From positions 6-64,005 of the forward strand of contig JAJYHT010000031.1 in the NCBI GenBank assembly GCA_021784595.1: 64,000 bases of DNA, given 5' to 3'. The stretch comes from Bacillota bacterium (lineage in GTDB: Bacteria > Bacillota > Sulfobacillia > Sulfobacillales > Sulfobacillaceae). The notes beneath the pieces were generated by a model. The model was not told the origin of the DNA and did not search any database. It worked only from the letters and a program-made list of their open reading frames with translations. A program made the translations under genes and the position numbers. Below, in pieces: positions 1 to 8,092 of the stretch; within the stretch, counting starts at the first letter, position 1, and every line of letters starts with the position of its first letter.

Positions 1-37
1 GATCGGATGCAGTATACGTGAGAATGCGGAGGTCACA

Positions 38-1180
38 TTGTTGAGTGCAGAACTGGATAGCGAGCATCAAATGATTTATGACACGGCCTTGAAGCTAGCT
101 AGAGATGTCTTAGCGGGGTACGTGCCGATTATGGAAGTGCAAGACCGGTTCCCCTCCGAAGTTTGGGAGCATTTGGCGCAAGCGGGCTTTTTAGGGGTGG
201 GGGTGTCTGAAGAGTGGGGGGGCACAGGCGGCGATTATTTGGCGGCGGCTTTAATCTCGCAGGCTATAGCCAGAGTCAGTCCTGCCATCGCACTTTCGCT
301 CGGCGCGCATGTCAACCTATGCATGCATAACATCATGCGCAACGGCACCGACTTGCTTAAGCAAAAATATGTGCCTTCTCTAGCCTCGGGGCGTTTCATT
401 GGAGGATTGGGACTTACCGAGCCCAATGCGGGGTCCGATGCCTTACGCATGCGCATGCGGGCAGAACGTCTTCCTAATGGATACGCATTAACGGGAACCA
501 AGACCTTTATTACCAACGGGCCGATTGCCGACCTTCTGGTGGTATACGCGGTGACACAGCAAGAGCGGCACGGCATTACAGCCTTTGTGGTGGAAACTCA
601 GGAGTCAGGATTCAGCGTGACAAAATCGCTTAACAAATTGGGGATGCGGGGCTCTCCTACGGGGGAATTGGCCTTTGACCACGTATTTGTTCCTGAAGAG
701 AACGTGTTAGGCCCGGTGAATGGCGGAGTGGGCGTTGTGATGAAGGGACTTGACTTGGAGCGTGCCTACTACTCAGCAACTGCCGTAGGCATTATCGAAG
801 AAATGCTGGAACAGTCGGTCACCTATGCCAAACAACGCGAACAGTTCGGCCAACCGATTGCGCAATTCGAGTTGATTCAGGAAAAGTTGGCTGACATGGC
901 CACGCATTTGGACGCGGCTCGATTATTGACTTTGCAGGCATTGGATTTGGTTGAGAAGGGACAGAGGATTAGCCGATTGGCGGCGTCCGCCTTATTGTTT
1001 GCGGCGGAGGCCGCCAACCGTGCTACCAACCACGCTCTGCAAATTCATGGAGGATATGGATATACCAAGGATTTTCCGGTGGAGCGATTTTTCCGTGATG
1101 CGAAATTGTTGGATATCGGCGCAGGAACTAATGAAATTCGCCGGATTGTGATTGCCCGAGAACTTTTGGGAGATAGGTGA
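38..1180 (+). CDS. acyl-CoA dehydrogenase (isovaleryl/short-branched-chain type)
   Basis: 380-aa ORF. ACAD hallmarks read by eye: GLTEPNAGSD, FITNG, QIHGGYGY. GGAGG lies 5 nt upstream of the TTG start at 38. Confidence 0.9.
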   Translation: MLSAELDSEHQMIYDTALKLARDVLAGYVPIMEVQDRFPSEVWEHLAQAGFLGVGVSEEWGGTGGDYLAAALISQAIARVSPAIALSLGAHVNLCMHNIMRNGTDLLKQKYVPSLASGRFIGGLGLTEPNAGSDALRMRMRAERLPNGYALTGTKTFITNGPIADLLVVYAVTQQERHGITAFVVETQESGFSVTKSLNKLGMRGSPTGELAFDHVFVPEENVLGPVNGGVGVVMKGLDLERAYYSATAVGIIEEMLEQSVTYAKQREQFGQPIAQFELIQEKLADMATHLDAARLLTLQALDLVEKGQRISRLAASALLFAAEAANRATNHALQIHGGYGYTKDFPVERFFRDAKLLDIGAGTNEIRRIVIARELLGDR

Positions 1181-2787
1181 AATCCAATAGCAACCCGATG
1201 GGGAGGAATAGGCCGGTGACAGATGAGAATGTTCGGCTCGAGGAGACGGACGATGTGCAGTTGAACTTGTTGCGGCGATTTAACGTTGCAGACGCGTTGC
1301 ACCGCAGCGCTTTGAGATATCCTAAAAATACGGCGCTTATGTTTGAAGGAGAGTCGATTTCATATCAAACACTTGACCAGTGGGCGAACCAGGTATCGGA
1401 TTGGCTGCTTTGCCAAGGAGTCAGATCGAATGATGTGGTGGCAGCGCTGGCGCTCAACCATCCTCGGCTGGTGGCGCTATGGATGGGAGCAGCTCGGATT
1501 GGCGCCATCTATTGTCCCATCAATCCTTCCTTGCCGCCCAAGGACATTTCCGCGACATTACAAAGAGTCAAAGCCCAGGTGTTTTTTGTAGACGACGCCA
1601 TGCTGCCGGCGGGCAAAGCGGTGGACGCAAACGGATTGTTGCGTGTAGCGCTGGAATCCGGCCATGATGGATTTGTGACGTGGGATGACACCATAGGCCA
1701 AGCTCGCACAGACTATGTAAAAAGTCTGGTGTCGTCCGACGCAGTGGCGACACTTCTGTTTACCAGCGGGACTGAATCTGCCCCCAAAGGTGTCATGAAT
1801 TCTCATGCCAACTGGTACGCTGCGCTGATCAGCATGTTGGCTGACTTGCAGATGAATCGGGATCACAATGTGTTGCTGGCGCTTCCACTGTTTCACGTAG
1901 CGGGCCTCTACGTGTTGTTTGGCACCTTGAGCACTGGGGCTAGGGGATTTTTGATGCGCCGGATTGTACCGCGCGACGTAATCCATGACATTGAACGCTA
2001 TGAACTAACCTGGCTCTGTCTTCCGGCTACGGTGTACATTGGGCTTTTGTCCGCACCCGAGTTAGACCAGGCGTCCCTGGCTTCTCTCAAACGGTGCATT
2101 GTCTTTCAATATATCCCCACCACGCCTCTTAATCAATGGAAACAGCGGTTGCCAAACGTTCATTGGAGCACCTATTGGGGGCAGTCCGAACTGACACCGC
2201 TCGGGGCATCGATGCCGCCTGAAGAGTTTTGGGATCGCACTGATGGACCAGATCCTATTGGGCTGTCCCATCTTCCAGTAGAAATGCGATTGGTTGGCGC
2301 TGAAGACCAGGATGTGCCGCCGGGCACAGCAGGTGAAATTGTGGTGCGCTCGCCTGCTGTGATGACGGGATATTTTGAGGATCCCGTCCGCACTGCCGAA
2401 GTGTTTCGCCATGGGTGGCATCATACCGGAGATGTGGCTTACCAAGACGATGACGGGTTTTATCACTTTGTGGATAGGAAAAAAGACATCATTAAATGCG
2501 GTGGTGAAAATGTATCATCCCAAAAAGTTGAGGAAGCGATAGCTGCCGTGCCTGGTGTGCTGGAAGTGGCCGTGGTCGGACTGCCTGACCCGTATTGGAT
2601 TGAAGCGGTAACAGCCGTTGTGGTTTTGGCTCCTGGCATTTCCCTAAATGATCAAACCCTGCGAGATGCCTGCCGTTCACGACTGGCGGGATATGAAGTG
2701 CCCAAAACGATTTATTTCATGGATAGTTTGCCGAAGAATCCGACCGGCAAGATTTTGAAGCGGGAATTGATAAGGAAACTGACATGA
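1177..2787 (+). CDS. AMP-dependent acyl-CoA synthetase/ligase
   Basis: 536-aa ORF overlapping the upstream stop. Motifs: AMP-binding LLFTSGTESAPKGV, GWHHTGD, C-terminal PKNPTGKILKREL. The true start may be GTG 1216, which has GGGAGGAA 7 nt upstream. Confidence 0.9.
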   Translation: MKSNSNPMGRNRPVTDENVRLEETDDVQLNLLRRFNVADALHRSALRYPKNTALMFEGESISYQTLDQWANQVSDWLLCQGVRSNDVVAALALNHPRLVALWMGAARIGAIYCPINPSLPPKDISATLQRVKAQVFFVDDAMLPAGKAVDANGLLRVALESGHDGFVTWDDTIGQARTDYVKSLVSSDAVATLLFTSGTESAPKGVMNSHANWYAALISMLADLQMNRDHNVLLALPLFHVAGLYVLFGTLSTGARGFLMRRIVPRDVIHDIERYELTWLCLPATVYIGLLSAPELDQASLASLKRCIVFQYIPTTPLNQWKQRLPNVHWSTYWGQSELTPLGASMPPEEFWDRTDGPDPIGLSHLPVEMRLVGAEDQDVPPGTAGEIVVRSPAVMTGYFEDPVRTAEVFRHGWHHTGDVAYQDDDGFYHFVDRKKDIIKCGGENVSSQKVEEAIAAVPGVLEVAVVGLPDPYWIEAVTAVVVLAPGISLNDQTLRDACRSRLAGYEVPKTIYFMDSLPKNPTGKILKRELIRKLT

Positions 2788-3412
2788 CACCCATATTCCA
2801 CCTATCCACACGGGGCAATTGCAGACTCTAAATTGTCTTTGTAGGGGGGCGGCTGAGAGTTTGTTGGTTTCGCGCGAGGGTCCTCTTGTAGGATAGCGTC
2901 GTGCAGGAAGCCGGGCCGTTCCCCCCCACAAGGCGAATAATCTATGCATGCCGAATCCGGTGGGTCTTCATGGCACGTGGATGGCGGGCTCGTCTTTATC
3001 GGTCAATTTCTCCACCATATCTACCATATCCGTCATAACCGCCCTGGCATTACGGATGCCTAATAGTAATTGCCCGGGCGCGTATCAAGAAAAATCACAC
3101 GAGGCCGGTAATCCATAGGACGCCGGCGATGATGCGCGGAGCAACCACCCTAAAATATCGGGCAACAAGTGGCAGCCTCACAGTGCCCGATGATTGGCTA
3201 CACACATTCAACCCCCAGATACCGGAATGAGAACGATGCAAAAAATGCAGATCAGCATATGCTCGGGGGTACATTGGCTACCGCACCGAAGCAGGTGGCT
3301 GTTGATAGAATATTCGGATTTGGGTATCTATTGCTTGTACCTTTCCAAATTGATGTGGATCAGGGATAATTACAGTTATCACCCAGAAATTGATGGATCA
3401 GAGGCGTGCAAC

Positions 3413-3732
3413 ATGAGGATCGTTGGATACGCAAGGAGCTCACAGCCTAGGCACCCCCCCAAGTCGATGTGCAGCTCCTAATCATATACAAACAACTCAC
3501 AAGGATCCGTCAATGGGCTGCGGCTCAGAGTGTTGAGATTGTGTCTGAATATACCGATGTTCACTCTTATCTGAAAACAAGAAAAGGATGGCAATTAGCC
3601 ATTCACGCCGTGGTGGCCGGAGAAGCTGAGGCGATTGTGGTTGTTTCGATGCACTGTGCGTCTTGGAATGACATAATTTTGGAAACAATGAAGCAGACGG
3701 GAATTAAGATCATTGCTTTAAATGACTATTAG
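3413..3732 (+). pseudogene. resolvase-domain (serine recombinase N-terminal) gene, frameshifted in a C7 tract
   Basis: ATG 3413 encodes MRIVGYARSSQPRHPP and stops at 3481. The frame one position away is open from 3451 to 3732 (QVDVQLL...EIVSEYTDV...AIVVVS...KIIALNDY). One extra C in the run at 3454-3460 would join them into a 106-aa resolvase-like N-domain with no E-helix or HTH. Confidence 0.5.
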
Positions 3733-3829
3733 GGCTATACCCCTCGCGGGCTATAATTGACGATTAGGCCGCGTTATCGAATAGCTGAAAATTCAGGGTT
3801 AATAATGATGCCAACTTCTGCTTGTATTC
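3731..3829. repeat. left inverted repeat (IRL) of the recombinase/TA cassette
   Basis: 3778-3812 is the exact reverse complement of 6338-6372 (35/35). Similarity extends to 3731 and 3829. IRL carries a 17-bp insertion (3761-3777) relative to IRR. Confidence 0.85.
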
Positions 3830-3925
3830 TGGCGACGTGCTTTCCAAGGTTTGCACAATCGCTTTTTTGAATGGAGCAAACGACGGATACTAGCGGCCAT
3901 GGAGGCTTTCGGCCTTGACCAGCTT

Positions 3926-4468
3926 TCATAATCGTTCGATGAGATTCAGATTGGAAGAGTTGCTCGGCACTTGGACTATTTCTCGAACTATTCCATCACT
4001 TTGTTTGATGGGCCGCCCGATGCGTTTTCCTTCCCTTTTCGCCCGATCCATGCCGGCCGTCACCCGTTCGCGAATCAATTTCAGCTCAAATTCAGCCAAA
4101 CTGGCCAGCAAGTTCAACAGCAATCGCCCCAACGCGGTGGTGGTGTCGAAGCCTTCCTGAGAGCTCAGAAAGCTCACGTGCGGCGGATCCCATACGGCCA
4201 ACGTGTCGGGCATATGCTTGACCGACCGGAAGGCCCGATCGAGCTTAAAGATCAGCACGGCATCAAACCGCTTCTTGGCCGCGTCATCCAAAAGCTGCCG
4301 CCAGGCGATGCGGCGGCCCACGTCATTCGCACTGGCGGTGTTTACATACTGTTTCGTGACGTGCCAGTCCGGGTGGGCTTTCATAAAATCCCACAAGCGC
4401 ACCAGCTGGGTCTCCAGGTTTTGGTCTTTGTCCCGGGTGGACACCCGGGCATAGAGCGCGATACGCAT
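3926..4468 (-). CDS. small serine recombinase (resolvase/invertase family)
   Basis: MRIALYARVSTRDKDQNLETQ catalytic N-terminus, FKLDRAFRS, E-helix LAEFELKLIRERV, GRP. The C-terminal region after GRP is only ~28 aa, so the HTH is atypical or truncated. Start taken at Met8 of the tracked ORF. Confidence 0.85.
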   Translation of the reverse strand: MRIALYARVSTRDKDQNLETQLVRLWDFMKAHPDWHVTKQYVNTASANDVGRRIAWRQLLDDAAKKRFDAVLIFKLDRAFRSVKHMPDTLAVWDPPHVSFLSSQEGFDTTTALGRLLLNLLASLAEFELKLIRERVTAGMDRAKREGKRIGRPIKQSDGIVREIVQVPSNSSNLNLIERL

Positions 4469-4570
4469 ACTTTTCACATCCTTCCACATTTCTCAACTTA
4501 TCCGGGCGATTTTAGGTGATTTCAAAACGCTGATGGTATGATCCATTCTCCGGTTTTGGCCAGGTTCCAT

Positions 4571-4601
4571 AAAAAAGCCCAGTCCCCGCAGGGACCAGGC
4601 T
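4571..4601 (-). terminator. rho-independent terminator candidate
   Basis: The minus-strand RNA reads gccuggucccugcggggacugggcUUUUUU: a 9-bp stem (2 G-U pairs), a 4-nt loop and a U6 tail. It lies between the toxin-candidate gene and the recombinase gene. Confidence 0.5.
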
Positions 4602-4730
4602 TCGGTCGCTAATTAAGGATCTCTTGCCATCGCGGTCATGGGATAATAGCCCATGCTGGTAGCAGCTGTGACACAAGACACCACACCAACTTCGGTTAGC
4701 GTCGTAACAACGGCAGTACTATATAGCCGG

Positions 4731-4826
4731 CTAGGCTTTCAATATTTGGCAACCGGAATAGCGGGGTGCTGGGGTGTTGGTCTTCTTCTGAGTTGACACC
4801 CGGACGTAAAGTACAACGTGCATCAT
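4731..4826 (-). pseudogene. remnant of a second serine recombinase (N-terminal 31 codons only)
   Basis: A short ORF, MMHVVLYVRVSTQKKTNTPAPRYSGCQILKA, carries the resolvase catalytic-serine motif (hydrophobic strand, then Y-x-R-V-S-T-x-Q) and then stops. No continuation is recognisable in any frame. Confidence 0.35.
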
Positions 4827-4926
4827 GTTATCCCTTGGTCATGTGCCCTCAAAAGGCATGATTCATTGGTAGTGGAATTCACTCAAGGTATGTGGCGATA
4901 GGAACGTGATAAACAAAATTTCTCGG

Positions 4927-5391
4927 CTACGTATGTTTTTTAGACGAGGGAGACACTTGGTGGTCTGGATCCCACCACAAGAGATAGAAATATTTCCGGT
5001 CGCGGATACCAACAATGCGCTCGTGGCCTGTAAATCCCAAAGACATTAGTTCTGTCTCGTCTGGACAGCCAGGCAATCTGTCCGCTAGCTCCTCAAAACG
5101 TTGAATAGCTTTACGCGACACGCTCGACCACCCAAGCGAGTGATTGTGTGTCATACCTAACACTTCTCCCCACGCCATGGTCTCTAGATTGTGGAGCCGA
5201 GAAACGGCTTGAATACAGAACTCCCGAAGGGTTAGAACCTCCCAGCCAAAAGGACCATCATGGTCCATATAGTCAGTTCGCCATTGGAACGGAAGGTCGT
5301 CTCCTGTAGAAAGTTCTGTTGCAACGCGGGGAACTCGGCCAGGGGCAGGAGAAAATTGCCTGTTTGGCTTTTTGTTCTTCTTACTACTCAT
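4927..5391 (-). CDS. hypothetical protein; candidate toxin partner of the Panacea antitoxin
   Basis: 154 aa counted from ATG 5391. That ATG overlaps the upstream stop by 8 nt (ATGAGTAG). Basic N-terminus SSKKNKKPNRQ. C-terminus ERIVGIRDRKYFYLLWWDPDHQV faintly resembles RelE/ParE. I recognise no family. Confidence 0.6.
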   Translation of the reverse strand: MSSKKNKKPNRQFSPAPGRVPRVATELSTGDDLPFQWRTDYMDHDGPFGWEVLTLREFCIQAVSRLHNLETMAWGEVLGMTHNHSLGWSSVSRKAIQRFEELADRLPGCPDETELMSLGFTGHERIVGIRDRKYFYLLWWDPDHQVSPSSKKHT

Positions 5392-5842
5392 TCGAAACAA
5401 GGCCCGAATAATACTTGTGCATCGATGCTAAGCTAATAAGTTCTTGGCTAGTTTCCTCCGGTCCTAATCCGCGTCGAGCTTCGCGCCACGGATCCTCCGA
5501 ATGTGTTAAGTCAGATAACCATTGGGCAGTATGAGACCCATAATATTCTATTACTGCCTGAATCGTGTCGCGGGCATCTTGATCTAGATGATCGGGATTT
5601 CCATCAAACATTCCGGGCTCTACCAGAAACCTTCCGCTGTGCTTGTCGTAGAGGGCGCGCACAACGGGGCCATTCTTCCAAGCCTGAATCTCCTCGTTGA
5701 AAAGAGGACGTTCATCCCATACCAGCGACCATGCTTGACAATAATAGATCAGCTTCTGAAGTTTCATGGCGCTAAGGGATCCCGTGTGATCCAATAGATA
5801 TTCGGCGACATCGAATACCGAAGCGATTGCCACCCCGAACAC
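5384..5842 (-). CDS. Panacea/DUF4065 (SocA/GepA-like) antitoxin-domain protein
   Basis: MKLQKLIYYCQAWSLVWDERPLF..WKNGPVVRALY matches the DUF4065 core as I remember it. The start is GTG 5842, or GTG 5833 which has AGGGGGG upstream. Confidence 0.85.
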   Translation of the reverse strand: MFGVAIASVFDVAEYLLDHTGSLSAMKLQKLIYYCQAWSLVWDERPLFNEEIQAWKNGPVVRALYDKHSGRFLVEPGMFDGNPDHLDQDARDTIQAVIEYYGSHTAQWLSDLTHSEDPWREARRGLGPEETSQELISLASMHKYYSGLVSNE

Positions 5843-6320
5843 CCCCCTGCATACTATTAGATTAAAACTCGTAAATTCCTACTTACTCCGAATCAGTTCA
5901 ACGGAGATATCTTGCCAGTTTACCATCGACTATGGATTCTCCGTTAATCATAGCAGTAATTATACTGTCCGCCCATCACTTTTGATGGTTTTCTTTGCCA
6001 ATGCGTCCTGTGTTTCTTTCAAAGTACTAAACAAAATTTTTTTGCTCGGTTACGCTCGATGGGGACGTGGAGGTCTCACATCAGATGCGACGAGGAATGT
6101 CGGAAGGAGAGGATATGGACGTGCTAAAGGAAGAGCGATAAAACCGTGCCCATTCCAGCCAAAGCCGAGCCCGAGGCGCGGCTAGAACCCGTTCTTGAGG
6201 AAGCGAAAGCCGGCACACGGCACGGCCTTTTGTGGATGCGGCCTATTTCGTTATTGGCGCCCTGGGTAGGCTATGTGTGGTGTTTGGCCCGCGTGCTCTA
6301 CGTTAGCGGCCCTCCATGCC

Positions 6321-6406
6321 GAATACAAGCAGAAGCTGGCATCATTATTAACCCTGAATTTTCAGCTATTCGTCAATTGTAGTCTGCGAGGGGTATAACA
6401 TGCCCT
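6321..6406. repeat. right inverted repeat (IRR) of the recombinase/TA cassette
   Basis: Reverse complement of IRL. It ends directly against the cydC stop codon at 6407-6409. Confidence 0.85.
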
Positions 6407-8092
6407 CTACACGATCTCCGTATGTTGAACTTTAGTGAAATTATCGGTCAGGCATCCATTACGCAAAGTGAGCACACGATCCACCAATGCCAAGTGCGCG
6501 GGGTCGTGGGTAATCCATAGTACGGTTTTGCCGCTTAGAGAAGCCATAATGCGGGTCATGATGCGACGAGCCGCCAATGCATCTAAACCTTCGGTGGGTT
6601 CATCCAAAAGCATCACCGGCGCATCTTTTATCAGAGCCCGGGCCAAAGCCAATTTCTTTCGCTGGCCGCCTGACATTCCTTGTCCGTGTTCACCAACCAA
6701 GACATCTAGGCCTTGTGGGTAGGATTGAACCCACTCGTTTAACTCGACCATCTCTAAGGCAGTCCAGAGGGTGGATTCTGAGGCAAGCGGGTTGGCTAGT
6801 AGCAAGTTTTGCTTTAGACTGGTATCAAAAATATGGGGATCCTGCGGCACCGCAGAAAAGGTTTGCCGCACCGATTCTCCATCTAGCGCTAACAAATCTT
6901 CCGCGCCATAGGCCAACGATCCTGAAACGGGGTCAGCAAATCGCAATAAGAGCGAAATCAAGGTCGATTTGCCGGCCCCACTTTCCCCCATCACAGCCGC
7001 ATGCTCACCAGGTTTGAGAGTCAATGATACGTCCTCTAAAATCCATGGCTCAAACGAGTCGTAACGGTACCACACATGGGACCACTGGATAAATTCTACG
7101 CCATAACGATGAGGCATCGACGGTTTTTTTATGGCCAGGCGCTGGGGGGTGTCCTGACTGAGCGCGACAATGCGGGCATCGGCGGCAATTAAGGAGCCGC
7201 GCATTTGAAAAGCGGCGGCTAGCGGCCGGATGGCCTCAAAACTGGCGAGTGCCAGCAGCACGGCAACGGGAAGCAGGACACCCGGCACTCGGCCCCGGAT
7301 GACGAGAAGTGACCCAGCCACTAAAATGGTCCAGGGCACCGCATGATTGCCTAATTCGGTCAGCCCTACTCCAATACCTTTAAGTCGGTTGATGTGCCGG
7401 GTTACCTCAACCCACCGCGCTTCCAATAACTCTTGGGCCACTTGAAAACGCTGGAATGCTCCCAAAGTGATTAAGTCCGAGAGGCCAAACATGGCATCCA
7501 TCCAGCGCACCGAGCGTTGGGCACGAAGTCCGACAATTTCTGCTGCATATTTTTGGGTTACACTATCCATTGCTAAAGGCAGGCCAACGCCAATGGTTAT
7601 TAACAGTACGAGCAGCAATCCTGCCAAAAGGGGAGACACTAGCCACTGTACCCCAGCGGCAATAACGAGACTTCCGGCCGCCACCAGTATGGGAGTGACT
7701 AGACCTAGATAGGCGTTTTGCAGCGTTTCCACATCCGCGCCAAATCGGGTCCATAGGTCGCCGCTTAGGTGTCTTTTAAGCACAATGGGACTTAATGGCT
7801 CGATGGCCTGATAAATTTTGATGCGAATATTCTTCAGTAGCCGAAACGTCACGTCATGAGAAAAATATCGATCTCCATATCGAAACACCCCGCGTGAAGT
7901 TCCAAAAAAGCGAACTCCAACGATGGGAACCCAGAGTAGCAAGATGGTTTGGGGATGCTGCGCCGCCTTGGCTATCAGGTAGGCTGAGGTCGACATAAGT
8001 CCTAAATTGGCGGCCACGGTAAATATGCCAAACAGTAATGCTAAGGCGACTCCTAGGCGATAGGGCCATAGACGGTGAACCCAATGTTTCAT
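6407..8092 (-). CDS. cydC: thiol-reductant ABC exporter subunit CydC (fused TMD-NBD)
   Basis: Six-TM domain followed by an NBD: Walker A GESGAGKST, signature MSGGQRKKL, Walker B MLLDEPT. Start taken at MKHWVHRLW (8092), which gives an ATGA overlap with the cydD stop. The tracked ORF extends 62 codons further upstream. Confidence 0.85.
   Translation of the reverse strand: MKHWVHRLWPYRLGVALALLFGIFTVAANLGLMSTSAYLIAKAAQHPQTILLLWVPIVGVRFFGTSRGVFRYGDRYFSHDVTFRLLKNIRIKIYQAIEPLSPIVLKRHLSGDLWTRFGADVETLQNAYLGLVTPILVAAGSLVIAAGVQWLVSPLLAGLLLVLLITIGVGLPLAMDSVTQKYAAEIVGLRAQRSVRWMDAMFGLSDLITLGAFQRFQVAQELLEARWVEVTRHINRLKGIGVGLTELGNHAVPWTILVAGSLLVIRGRVPGVLLPVAVLLALASFEAIRPLAAAFQMRGSLIAADARIVALSQDTPQRLAIKKPSMPHRYGVEFIQWSHVWYRYDSFEPWILEDVSLTLKPGEHAAVMGESGAGKSTLISLLLRFADPVSGSLAYGAEDLLALDGESVRQTFSAVPQDPHIFDTSLKQNLLLANPLASESTLWTALEMVELNEWVQSYPQGLDVLVGEHGQGMSGGQRKKLALARALIKDAPVMLLDEPTEGLDALAARRIMTRIMASLSGKTVLWITHDPAHLALVDRVLTLRNGCLTDNFTKVQHTEIV

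Larger units (their letters stand above)
3731..6406. mobile_element. IR-bounded cassette (putative invertible or mobile segment) carrying a serine recombinase and a Panacea-type TA pair
   Basis: Flanked by ~86-99-bp imperfect inverted repeats. Contains a recombinase, a recombinase remnant and a TA pair. No transposase. By eye the GC content is lower than in the flanks. Confidence 0.5.

Noticed and set aside
3774-3929. 51-aa minus-strand ORF overlapping the recombinase stop (ATGA). Its C-terminus RIQAEVGIIINPEFSAIR is nearly identical to that of ORF 6146-6382.
   Set aside because: The shared peptide is simply the translation of the inverted repeat read outward from both ends. The regions upstream of the repeat are unrelated. 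There is no independent evidence of coding.
5982-6382. Two plus-strand ORFs (67 and 78 aa) in the right arm of the cassette. One contains LLGYARW, faintly like a resolvase N-terminus. The other reads out through IRR.
   Set aside because: The composition is low-complexity and Arg/Gly-rich, and neither ORF has an RBS. The GYAR match is only 4 residues and the catalytic Ser context is missing. The read-through of the IR is explained by the repeat itself.
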